From a virus (lineage: Duplodnaviria; Caudoviricetes), in the IMG/VR virus record IMGVR_UViG_3300038300_000071, positions 96,001 through 160,000 of that record: 64,000 bases of DNA. One strand, written 5' to 3'. The notes below the pieces were generated by a model. It was not told where the DNA came from, made no database searches, and saw only the letters and a list, made by a program, of their open reading frames with translations. Position numbers and translations under genes: made by a program. This document shows positions 36,509 to 46,230 of this stretch, piece by piece. The stretch's first letter is position 1. Every line of letters starts with the position of its first letter.

Positions 36509-39500
36509 ATGCCAGACGATATTAACAAGCAGTTAGAAGATGCAAGCAGTTCATTGGACAGCGCTACAAAGGCGGCTAATGAGGCTGTGTCTGCTCAAAA
36601 TAAATTGGCTGATGCTACAGGCAAGGCGGCTGATGTTGTAGGAAAGTTTGAGAATGGTATATCCGATCTTGAGTCTAAGTTAGATGGTTTGCGCAAAGGC
36701 TTGGACGACACATCGAGTTCAATGGGGGATATAAAGGGATCTTCTGGAGGGGCTGGAAAAAGTTTATCAGGAGCTGGCAAAGAAGTTGATGGTTTGGGCG
36801 GATCAATGGTTAAATCTGGAAAGGCTGCAAGTGGTCTTGCTGGAAATCTAGTTAAGGCTGGTAAAGCATCCGATGATCTTGCTGACAGATTGATTAAAGT
36901 GGGAAAGGGGGCAAAGAGTGGCACAACTGGCGTTAAAGGCTTGGGCGGCGAAACTGTAAAGACTAACAAATTTCTTGATATATTTAATAAAAACCTTGAA
37001 AGGGGTGACAAAGAGGCAAAGCAGTTTGCTGGTGGAGTGGGAGAGTCTTCTACTGGATTGATAGCCATGGGAGTTGCTGCTTCGTATGCGGCAGGAAAGC
37101 TGAATGAGATTTTATCCTCAGCTCAAGGTGCTTCGGTTAACTTTGCTAAGTTTAGAGTTGAAGCGGATATTCTTGCAAATACAACTCTTGGACTAACCGC
37201 AAGGGGTTTGGACGAAGTAAGAGATAGTCTTGGAGTAACAAGTAAGAACTTTGGACAATTTGCCTCAATAGTAAAGCAGGGAGCCCAGACTGGAGTTGCA
37301 AGCATTGATGAGCTTACAGAGGCTGGCATAAAGTTAAGAGAGGCTTATGGCGGTGAACAACTTGATAAGCTGAAAGAATTTGTAAATCTTCTAAATGAAA
37401 TACCTGCATTAAATCCAGAACTTAAAGTTAACGCTTCTTTTGATCAAGATTCTAGCAATCTATTAGCTTTGGCTCAAAAGGGTAAAGTAGAAGCGTTTAT
37501 AGAACTTGAGTCTGCTGGACTTTTCGGAGGACAGAAGACAGCTGATGATACAGAAGGGAAAAAGTTACTAGAAGCTCAAACAAACACTGCCAAGAAAGTT
37601 GATGATGTATACAATACATTGTCTAAGTATTATCCTACATGGGGGCCAGCATTTACAGCTTCAGCAGGTGCGATAACTCAAGTTGCAACTATTCTAGGGA
37701 CAGGGTTTGCAATGGTTGCCGCATTCAAAGTATTTTTTGGAAAAGGGAATAAAACTCAGCAGGCAATTGAAAAGGCTCAGCTGAAGACAACTGATGCAGT
37801 AGGAAAAGTTGAGGATGCAGTAAGGCAGAGTGCAGCTTCGAAACTGGGGTCTAAGGGTAAAACGGGAAGATTAAAGCCTAGAGTTTCTAGCAGGAATGCG
37901 CAAACCAACAAGGCAGCTCTCTCAAGGTTAAGGCAGTCTGGATTGAAGCCAAAAGCAACTTTGGGGATTCAACCCGCTGGTGAAAAGGGAAAAATCTTTA
38001 AGGGGTTTTCTGATATATTTAAGAAGTCAAAGCCAAAAGCCGCCGATGGAAGTGTGGCTTCTTTGCTTAAGAAAAATACTGGGAGTAAAACGGGAAAGTT
38101 GTTTTCCAAAGCTAGTTCTAAGTTGTCTGGTGCAGCTACTAAATTGGGTATGGCCGGAGGTATCATCAAGAAGGCAGGAAATAGATCACTGTTAAAGGCT
38201 GGCGGAAAAACAGGAGTTAAGCTTGCCAGTAAGGCTGCGGGAGCTGCAACTGGAATTGGAGCTGCTGGGTTGGCATTTGATTTGGCAGGATTTGCATTGA
38301 AGGAGTTTTCAGCGAGTCTAGAAGAATCTGGAAATAAGACAGCGGCAGGAGCTGCTAAAGCGGCTGGCAGCCTTCTAAGTATGGCTGGAGATGTGGCAAC
38401 GTTTACTGCTGTAGGAGCTCTTATTGGCGGCCCATTTGGAGCAGCTATTGGAGCAGCTACTGGGGTGGTTGTTGGACTGGCATCAGAACTTGGAAATGTT
38501 GGCGATGGAATGCAGAGTTTCGCGAGAGGACTTCAGCAATCAGAAAATGGTGCTTATAAGTATAGTGCATTGGTTAGAGCTGGTGGAGTTGGTATTGAAG
38601 TTCTAGGCAAGACTGCAAGCTATGTGGGAGGTGTTTTCAAAGCGGCAGGTGAGAATTTGGCATATTCTGCAAGTTACGTAGGGGGAAAGCTTTCAGACCT
38701 TGGAAATTGGATTATTAAGTCAAGTGCTCAGTTGAAAAAGGAAGAAGATCAAAGAAAGGCATCAGTTAAGGCTGCCAAAGAGCAAGAAGCTGCTATGCTT
38801 GTGTCTAGAAGATTTTCAATGGAAATGAATAGAACGGTGGTTGCGCTGAAGAAAGAGCAAAAGACAAGGCATGCTTCAATGCTGGCTTTCCAAAAGCAGT
38901 TTAAGCAAATTGGAAATATCGTAAAAGATTCCAATTTCGCATTGGTGAGATTCCAAAAGGAAATAGCCAATGTTGAACTGGACGTATTCGCCAAGAGCGG
39001 AGCATCATTGGGAATGTGGGATGCTGCTTTAAATAAATCAATTGCAAGTACAACGAGTGAGTTTGAAACGCTTAAAGAAGGTTTTAGTTCTAAGAAAAAA
39101 GATATTCAGGAAGATCCAAACCTTAGAGCAAATGAGAGAAAATTGGCATTGGAGGCTTTACATTCAGAGGAAATGAAAGCGGCTAATAACTTTGTAAGCG
39201 GAATGCAAGCAGCCATGTCTAAATTCTTAAAGACTCCAGATATTATAAACGATGCTTTGGAAAGACAAATCGCTGGAATACAGCTTGATTTGTTGTTCGG
39301 GTCGTCGTTGGGAGGAGGAATTGATGAATATTCTAGTGGGCTTGAAGCAGCTACAGGCGGTTTGGATAAACTGAATGAAAGAGCGGGAAAAGCGGCAGAA
39401 GCGATAGAGAAGGCAGCAGCGCAAAGAGAAGCACAAGTTTCTGAACAGAAGAAATCTGCTGTAAAGTCTCTCGAATTGAAGTCAGAATCCAAAAAGGGAA

Positions 39501-42454
39501 TTGATCAAAATCTTGCAAAAGAAGGTAAAGAGATTTCTGAGTCTGGAGATGAGAAGGCTTTAAGCGATTTCCTAAATAGGCTAGAAAAGTTAGGGAAGGA
39601 AAGAGAGGAAGCAGGGGATAAAGCTGAGGATGCTTTGAAGAAAAACTTCAGTCAAATATTTGGAGAAATGACAAGTGCTACAGCGGCATCATCTAAAAAA
39701 GCACAGCAGGTAAAAGAGCAAAAGGCTGTAGCGGAGGGGTCTAAAGGTGATCAAAGGAATGAAGAGTTAAAAAAACTTGAAGCTCTTGAGCAAGAATTGA
39801 AAAATCTGAGGCCTTCTGAGGAATTGACCAAAAGATTTACAGACGCTCTTAATAAGGCGGACATTAAAGTAGTACTGGATAAAAGTGGGAATGTTGATTT
39901 GGAAAAAACTAGATCGACAAAGCTAAATGATAAGCTTGCCAAAGACAGGGCTGGATTTGTAGATCTGAAAAGTAAAGTTGGAGAGTCTAAGCAGGGAGCA
40001 TCAAGTGTTAGAGGTATCAAGGAGAATGTAAAACTTGCCTCTCAAGATCCAGCTGCATCAACTGAAACGTTTAAGCTTGAAGAACAGAAGAAGTTGGCAG
40101 ATGAATTTGCGAAGAAGGCTTCTGAGATTTCTTCTTCTATAAGTAGTGCAAATAAGCTTTATGAGTCTGGAGCGTTGCAGGGGCTTATACAGCAAAGAAT
40201 GACTATCGACAATAGTTTAGAACAGGTTAAGAATATTGGGGATTCTACAAAGTTTTATGCTGAGAGAACTCAGAACTTGTTTGAAACTCTTCAAGAAACT
40301 AGAAAGACTACTGCTGGGATAGATAAGGCAAACAAAAAGGCACTGAAGTCGCAGGAAGATATTTTAAATACTCAAAAAGAAAAATTGAAAGTTATAATAG
40401 AAGAGGAAGGAGCGGAAAGCCAAGCGGCCAAGGCTCAGAAGAATGTTGTTAATGCGGCTGGTAAGATAGTTGGAGAGTTGAAAAGAGCAACTATTCAAAA
40501 CGAGGGAAAGAATATAGCTGCTTACAATAAATATGTTGAATCTATTGTATTCCCAATTGAGGTTTTAGAGACTGAATTGAATAAAAGATTTGGTTCTTTT
40601 GCATTGCCAAAGGCATTGAAAGAATTGGGCGAAACTAAACTTGATGCATCTAAATTTTCTAAAGATACTGAGGGGGCTGCCTTTGATGCTGCTGCCAGTA
40701 TAATCGAAGCTCAAGATACGATTGCAAAGAAGTCAAGGAAATTACTTGTTGATCAGAATGCAAGATATATCAAGGATGTTCAAAAGCAAATAGATGCATC
40801 CAGAGGAAGAGGTGATGAAGGGACTGCAAAAGGTCTTGAGGAGGCTTTGGCGGCTGTAAAAGTAAAGCAGGCCAATGAGTTGTTAAAGATTGACACTCAG
40901 AGAAGGGATGTCAATTTAAAAGCTCTCAAAGACGCTCAGTCTCTTTCTCTTAGTAGATTGAATATAGAACAGTCAGTTGTTGATGCAGAAGAAAATTTCT
41001 TGTCAAGCATAGGTGCAAACTTTGAAAGCGTATTTAATTTACAACTTAAAAGTTTAGCGATAGAAAAAGACAAGTTGGATCTTGCTAAAAAGACTTTATC
41101 TGAGGCAAAAGCAAATGGAACCACTGGTAAGGAGTTAGTTGAACTTGAGGCGGCAGTCAAGTTGCAAAGCATTAAATTGCAAACAAAGGCTTTGGCTAAG
41201 CAAAGAAGTACAATGGAGCAGATTCTTGGAAGTGCTTTTGGAGAGCTTAGAGACATTGGCGCTAGAAAGGGCACTCAGAGTCAGTTTAGATTGCTTGGAG
41301 TAGAGGGATCAAGAAGAAAGACTAGAGCTGGAAACTTTGCAGCTGGAGAAGCTGGAACTCTGCAAGAAAGAGAGAACAGAAATGTAACTTCCGGCGAAGG
41401 TATTACTATAGCAAATAGGCTGACTGGTAAGTTTGGAAATACTGGAGATTACAATCCAAACCGCAGAAAGAAGAATCAGGCTGAGAAGGGAAGAAAGACC
41501 ACAGCAGCGGAAAGAGCGAATTCCAGAAAAAGAGATAAGAAAGATGCAGATGCTAGTCGTAAGAAAAGTTCAAATAGAGATTCTAAGAAACAATCTGGAG
41601 TGGGAAGAAGGTCGGTTAAGGCTGGAGGAGGTGCAAAAGATTGTTGCGCAAAAAGTCTAACAGTATTGGAGAGAATAAGAGATATTTTAGAATCTATTGC
41701 TTCTTTTGGTGCAAAATCATCTGAAAGTTTAGAGCCAAAGTCCAAAGAGGCAGAAGTTGCCAAAGCTAAATCTGATGCCAAGAAGGCAGAGGTTGCCAGT
41801 ACGAAAGCAAAGCCTAAAGAAGCAAAAGGGTCGTCAAAAATTGATGATAAAATTACAGCGGCCAAAGTGACTCTAGCTGCGATGCAGAAAAAGTTTGACA
41901 AGGCATATGCAGCCGCTGATAAGGTTAACCCACAGAAGCATATGAGCCATTATCCGGCAGATGGAAATGGAACTCCTGCTCAAAAGAAGAAGTATGCAGA
42001 TGCAATGAAGAATTATATGCCCCTTGTAAAGGCGGAAAACGATGCTGGAAGAGATGTAGAGAATCAGAAGGCTGTTGTCAAAAAGCTTGAGAAGAAAAAA
42101 ACAGCTCCAGCGGAAAGTAAGTCAGAGAGTAAAGCTGTATCTCCTGAGGAAATAAAGGCTAAAAATGAAGAAAAGGCAAAAGCTGGGATATCATATGGAA
42201 GAAAGTCTACAACTGGAGCTGAGATTGCTGCAGGCGGAGGGGCATTTACTCCACCAGCGGCAGTGCCTCAAGCTGAAGGGGGTCAGTCCGCAGGAAGACA
42301 ACTTGAATCTATAGCTATAACAACAACAGTGACAGGGGAAGTAGATGTTCGCTTTGACACTAATATGTTCCAAGCTGAGGTGGTGAGAATATTAGGAACT
42401 TCGGACGCAAAGAAGAAATATACAGATCTTGGTTTAATAGTATCAGAAGGATAA
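36509..42454 (+). CDS. Tail tape measure protein
   Basis: 1981 aa, Ala/Gly/Lys-rich helical; hydrophobic GALIGGPFGAAIGA segment; canonical position. Confidence 0.85.
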   Translation: MPDDINKQLEDASSSLDSATKAANEAVSAQNKLADATGKAADVVGKFENGISDLESKLDGLRKGLDDTSSSMGDIKGSSGGAGKSLSGAGKEVDGLGGSMVKSGKAASGLAGNLVKAGKASDDLADRLIKVGKGAKSGTTGVKGLGGETVKTNKFLDIFNKNLERGDKEAKQFAGGVGESSTGLIAMGVAASYAAGKLNEILSSAQGASVNFAKFRVEADILANTTLGLTARGLDEVRDSLGVTSKNFGQFASIVKQGAQTGVASIDELTEAGIKLREAYGGEQLDKLKEFVNLLNEIPALNPELKVNASFDQDSSNLLALAQKGKVEAFIELESAGLFGGQKTADDTEGKKLLEAQTNTAKKVDDVYNTLSKYYPTWGPAFTASAGAITQVATILGTGFAMVAAFKVFFGKGNKTQQAIEKAQLKTTDAVGKVEDAVRQSAASKLGSKGKTGRLKPRVSSRNAQTNKAALSRLRQSGLKPKATLGIQPAGEKGKIFKGFSDIFKKSKPKAADGSVASLLKKNTGSKTGKLFSKASSKLSGAATKLGMAGGIIKKAGNRSLLKAGGKTGVKLASKAAGAATGIGAAGLAFDLAGFALKEFSASLEESGNKTAAGAAKAAGSLLSMAGDVATFTAVGALIGGPFGAAIGAATGVVVGLASELGNVGDGMQSFARGLQQSENGAYKYSALVRAGGVGIEVLGKTASYVGGVFKAAGENLAYSASYVGGKLSDLGNWIIKSSAQLKKEEDQRKASVKAAKEQEAAMLVSRRFSMEMNRTVVALKKEQKTRHASMLAFQKQFKQIGNIVKDSNFALVRFQKEIANVELDVFAKSGASLGMWDAALNKSIASTTSEFETLKEGFSSKKKDIQEDPNLRANERKLALEALHSEEMKAANNFVSGMQAAMSKFLKTPDIINDALERQIAGIQLDLLFGSSLGGGIDEYSSGLEAATGGLDKLNERAGKAAEAIEKAAAQREAQVSEQKKSAVKSLELKSESKKGIDQNLAKEGKEISESGDEKALSDFLNRLEKLGKEREEAGDKAEDALKKNFSQIFGEMTSATAASSKKAQQVKEQKAVAEGSKGDQRNEELKKLEALEQELKNLRPSEELTKRFTDALNKADIKVVLDKSGNVDLEKTRSTKLNDKLAKDRAGFVDLKSKVGESKQGASSVRGIKENVKLASQDPAASTETFKLEEQKKLADEFAKKASEISSSISSANKLYESGALQGLIQQRMTIDNSLEQVKNIGDSTKFYAERTQNLFETLQETRKTTAGIDKANKKALKSQEDILNTQKEKLKVIIEEEGAESQAAKAQKNVVNAAGKIVGELKRATIQNEGKNIAAYNKYVESIVFPIEVLETELNKRFGSFALPKALKELGETKLDASKFSKDTEGAAFDAAASIIEAQDTIAKKSRKLLVDQNARYIKDVQKQIDASRGRGDEGTAKGLEEALAAVKVKQANELLKIDTQRRDVNLKALKDAQSLSLSRLNIEQSVVDAEENFLSSIGANFESVFNLQLKSLAIEKDKLDLAKKTLSEAKANGTTGKELVELEAAVKLQSIKLQTKALAKQRSTMEQILGSAFGELRDIGARKGTQSQFRLLGVEGSRRKTRAGNFAAGEAGTLQERENRNVTSGEGITIANRLTGKFGNTGDYNPNRRKKNQAEKGRKTTAAERANSRKRDKKDADASRKKSSNRDSKKQSGVGRRSVKAGGGAKDCCAKSLTVLERIRDILESIASFGAKSSESLEPKSKEAEVAKAKSDAKKAEVASTKAKPKEAKGSSKIDDKITAAKVTLAAMQKKFDKAYAAADKVNPQKHMSHYPADGNGTPAQKKKYADAMKNYMPLVKAENDAGRDVENQKAVVKKLEKKKTAPAESKSESKAVSPEEIKAKNEEKAKAGISYGRKSTTGAEIAAGGGAFTPPAAVPQAEGGQSAGRQLESIAITTTVTGEVDVRFDTNMFQAEVVRILGTSDAKKKYTDLGLIVSEG

Positions 42455-42461
42455 TGACAAT

Positions 42462-44951
42462 ATGAGTAATCCAGTAGCAGCAATTGGTGGTGGGGCATTT
42501 GTGCCTCCAGATCCAGACACAACAAGAATTTCATATTCTAAAATAATTTATGATCAAGAAAAGTTTTTCGTATATACTGTGGACGAACAGGGAGATCCGG
42601 CTTTTGATCCAAATTCACTGGGGCAAAGATTCTATATATTTTCTCCAATGGAGAATGCTCTTGCTTCTGTAAAGCCGGATTTTATAGAGATAAACACATG
42701 GATGGATACGGTCAGCAAGACGGCCAGTGGCTTTGTAACTCCAACATTCTCAATAATGCCTAAGCTGATGATTCCTTCTGAGATTTCAAATCTTTCTAAC
42801 AATCAAGTTGACAATGGACTTGCTACGGGAGGGCATGCTACATTTACAAAGCAATTTAACTGGGAAATTACAAATACATCATCTGGAAGTCTGGGAAAAG
42901 ATCCAAATGATGTGTCAAATATAGCAACAATATCAACATCTAGTCCTAATTTTATAAGTATAAATGCAAAGAATGATGCTGCCTCTGTGAATAGTGTGGA
43001 TCTGTCCTTGACTGATGCAAACGCAGGGGCGGGGGGAGCTGGTAATATCGGTGGTGGTGCTTTCTGTGTTTTCTTCAATATAACACCTTCTGTTAGTGGT
43101 GGTGCGACCGATGCGACCAATTCAGAGAATAGTTGGTCAATAGAGCTGACAACTGGAGAAGTTACTGTGTTTGCAAAGGATGGTGGCCCAGCTATAATGG
43201 AGATAGGCCCAGCTGCACCAGATGGAACTCAGGGTCAGGCAAACCTGTCCGATTCTCAGATGAAGGAAGCTCCTAAGCATAGGCAATATATGAATGAGAA
43301 AGGATTTTCATTCATGATGATGGTTTATCCTGTGTGGAACGGCGCAATTCTGACATCTGGAATACAAGATGCTCAGACGGGATCTGGGAAAGAGGGACTT
43401 CAGAGTATAGCGGGAACGTATGTTTCTAAGACAAAAGGGGCTTCCATTGCCAGTTCTGATTATTCGGATGAGTTTGACCCTCTGAGTCCAAGTGAGATAG
43501 TGGTGACGTCTGATGCTTCTGTTTTAGTAGATTTTGGAAGTCAATTAGACTTAACTATTAAAAACTGCAAAGCTCAATTGGTGTATCAGCCTTGTTGGTT
43601 TTCAAAGGCAATGCAGTATGATGAGTGGTTTTTAGCTCCAGCCGATGACCCAGGTGTGGTTACTTATGACTTTCAAGTATTTCCAATATGGACTGACAAT
43701 TCAACAGGTGGTGCTTTGGATGGAGCTTCTAGTTTGGCAGACTCTGGAATAGCTGGGCCTGTTGGCTCCGACACAACATATTGGAAAGTTCCTTGGGATG
43801 GAAACATGACTGATCACGGAAGGTATGGAGTGGAGGTTTTTGGAGAATTTATAAGGACTGAGGAAGAAAGGCTTATATCGGTTAGAAACTCAAATGGTAC
43901 TTTCTCTTTAAATTGGTCAGGAGGGACTTCTGCTGGACCTGGTGGGACGTGGCCGGATTACATCACATCTTTGAGTATTACGACGAGTCAGGATGGCTCT
44001 AGTGGTCAGATAATTGTAGATAAGTATGGAGTAGCGGGAACATCTGCTGTTGCAACTCAATCTATTGGACAATTAGCCGTGTCAATGAGCGGTGGAGAGG
44101 GAACAACGGCTGGAGAGATTTTCAATGGACTTGCCATGGGAGTTTCCTCAACTAATACCGCAGATGGTGCAACTTGGACAATACCTTTGGTTGGGTTCGA
44201 GCAGAAGCTAAGTGATATAGCTCTGATAAATGCTCCTTTTTTTGATGGATTTGCTGCATCTGACGCAATTGATTTTTTATCAAGATATGGAGGTATAAGT
44301 TTTACAGCTATGGCTGGCTCAAACACTCTTGTCAATCTGACAGCATCGGATGATATTTCAAGTCCATACTTTGATTTTGCAAATGGAACTCCAGTTGTTC
44401 AGGCGTTAGAGCAAGTTATGGAAAATTCTCAGAATACTTATGTTGTAGAGGATGGACTTATAAAAGTTTTTGGAATAAACTCTTCTAACGGATTACCAAT
44501 TAGTGCTGGAACAGATTGGCAACCAAGTTATCCAAATGTAAAATTGTTAATGGATGATCAAAAGCCAATATTTGACAACTTGAGGAATGAAATTGTAGTA
44601 ATTGGATTGGAAGAGATAACGACTGGATCTGGTAAAGATCTGTTAACAATACCTTTGTTTCCAAAAATTGGAATAGTATCACAAGTAACTGTTCCCAGTA
44701 TAGCATGGGCAAAATCTCTAGTTGCTCCAGTGCAAGGGCACTTGGATGATGCTAGGATTGAATCGGTAGCGGACAAACTTGCAGCAGTTTCTAAGTCTTT
44801 TGACGTAAGTGGAAGAGTTCAAATACCCGGAAATGCATCGATTTCTTTATATGATAAGTGGGGAACAATGCTTATATCAAGCTATACTCACAACTATGAT
44901 TCGCAGTCAAAAGTGTGGACAACAGATTTAGAACTAGTAACTGGAGCTTAA
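42462..44951 (+). CDS. Tail tip/baseplate hub protein
   Basis: Follows the tape measure; C-terminal RNEIVVIG, IPGNASI..YD and I.SYTHNYD...WTTDLEL hub-like pattern. Confidence 0.65.
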   Translation: MSNPVAAIGGGAFVPPDPDTTRISYSKIIYDQEKFFVYTVDEQGDPAFDPNSLGQRFYIFSPMENALASVKPDFIEINTWMDTVSKTASGFVTPTFSIMPKLMIPSEISNLSNNQVDNGLATGGHATFTKQFNWEITNTSSGSLGKDPNDVSNIATISTSSPNFISINAKNDAASVNSVDLSLTDANAGAGGAGNIGGGAFCVFFNITPSVSGGATDATNSENSWSIELTTGEVTVFAKDGGPAIMEIGPAAPDGTQGQANLSDSQMKEAPKHRQYMNEKGFSFMMMVYPVWNGAILTSGIQDAQTGSGKEGLQSIAGTYVSKTKGASIASSDYSDEFDPLSPSEIVVTSDASVLVDFGSQLDLTIKNCKAQLVYQPCWFSKAMQYDEWFLAPADDPGVVTYDFQVFPIWTDNSTGGALDGASSLADSGIAGPVGSDTTYWKVPWDGNMTDHGRYGVEVFGEFIRTEEERLISVRNSNGTFSLNWSGGTSAGPGGTWPDYITSLSITTSQDGSSGQIIVDKYGVAGTSAVATQSIGQLAVSMSGGEGTTAGEIFNGLAMGVSSTNTADGATWTIPLVGFEQKLSDIALINAPFFDGFAASDAIDFLSRYGGISFTAMAGSNTLVNLTASDDISSPYFDFANGTPVVQALEQVMENSQNTYVVEDGLIKVFGINSSNGLPISAGTDWQPSYPNVKLLMDDQKPIFDNLRNEIVVIGLEEITTGSGKDLLTIPLFPKIGIVSQVTVPSIAWAKSLVAPVQGHLDDARIESVADKLAAVSKSFDVSGRVQIPGNASISLYDKWGTMLISSYTHNYDSQSKVWTTDLELVTGA

Positions 44952-44963
44952 TGAGGTTATATT

Positions 44964-45164
44964 ATGGGAAATAGTAGATTACCAATACAAAGATTAATGA
45001 AGCATGTAAAAAGGCAAGGAATTATTGACAACAGATTAGGACTTATAAACACTTTCAGTTCATCTCGCAAGGGAACTAAGACAAAGAATGTGAATAAAGA
45101 GGATCTGGGAGGTAATTTTGAAGTAGGGAAATCAACATTAGGTGGGAATGACAGGGTAGGATGA
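44964..45164 (+). CDS. Small hypothetical protein
   Basis: SD GAGG; fills the gap between tail genes. Confidence 0.6.
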   Translation: MGNSRLPIQRLMKHVKRQGIIDNRLGLINTFSSSRKGTKTKNVNKEDLGGNFEVGKSTLGGNDRVG

Positions 45165-45165
45165 C

Positions 45166-46224
45166 ATGAAAAAAAAATATCAATACGGAAAAAATACATC
45201 ACACTACAAGATGCCATCATACGGAAAGGGAGACATTATAAATCCTGATTTGGAATTTGCCAAGCTTCAGTCTATAGAGAATCAAATTCTTGCTGGAACC
45301 AAAGGTATTAAATGTTGCGTTTTTGAAGATGGTAATTATACCATAGTTAAAGAATCAGAGTCTAGTTATAAAGTCTTGTTGAATGGAACTGGAAGAAAAA
45401 AGGCTGCATGCGGAATTGTAAACGGAATATATTTCGAGGAGAGTGGTAGAATGTCTTGGGATGGGTTGAAGATAGGGCATGTTAATTACTTATATATTTC
45501 TGGAACAATAAACCTATTTGAGAAAAAAAATGCATACAGGACTTTCTCTTCCACTTTCAGAAGAGATCTTCCAAAGACGACATGCTTAATGGCTACAGTT
45601 GACCTGAGAGAGGGAAAGGAAGAAGTAAACACTAAGCCATTTGGGAAAGTTTCATCTATGGATGTTGTTTTGCATACATATAGCAAAGAAAACCCTCACG
45701 GGGAGAATCTTCTTCAGAATGAGGTGACAATATCTCAAAAATTGAACTTCAAGATAGGCAAAAAAAATACGTCGAATGATAGTATAATAATCATAAAAGA
45801 CAAAAGAGATTCAAAAGTTCCTGTTATAGATTCCAATAGTGAAATAATTTTAAAGGATAAAAGATCAAAAATTCAATTGTCAGAAGATGGAAATAGTAGT
45901 CTTAATACTGACAATAAGTCAATCGTTGGTGCTATTAATGAATTGGCATCTATGTCGAAGAGAGATAGTAGTGTTGTTGGTGAAAACTATAAAACTAAGA
46001 TAATTAATTTCAAAACTTCTGATAAAGGTGTTAAATTAGAAATAGAAGAAGGAGAAATTGTTTTTGTTCAAGTTCAGCAAAGGTTTATAGATGGAATTAA
46101 AAACACTGGAAATATTGCAATAGGGTATCAAGAAGACGGAATAGTGGAAAGTAAAAATGAATTTATTGTCCACATAGAGAATGATGAAGAAGTTGCAATG
46201 AAAGCAATAGTTTATTATAGGTAA
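45166..46224 (+). CDS. Tail fibre/baseplate-associated protein
   Basis: H...ENPH and LNTDNKSIVGAINEL motifs typical of fibre shafts. Confidence 0.55.
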   Translation: MKKKYQYGKNTSHYKMPSYGKGDIINPDLEFAKLQSIENQILAGTKGIKCCVFEDGNYTIVKESESSYKVLLNGTGRKKAACGIVNGIYFEESGRMSWDGLKIGHVNYLYISGTINLFEKKNAYRTFSSTFRRDLPKTTCLMATVDLREGKEEVNTKPFGKVSSMDVVLHTYSKENPHGENLLQNEVTISQKLNFKIGKKNTSNDSIIIIKDKRDSKVPVIDSNSEIILKDKRSKIQLSEDGNSSLNTDNKSIVGAINELASMSKRDSSVVGENYKTKIINFKTSDKGVKLEIEEGEIVFVQVQQRFIDGIKNTGNIAIGYQEDGIVESKNEFIVHIENDEEVAMKAIVYYR

Positions 46225-46230
46225 TTAAAC

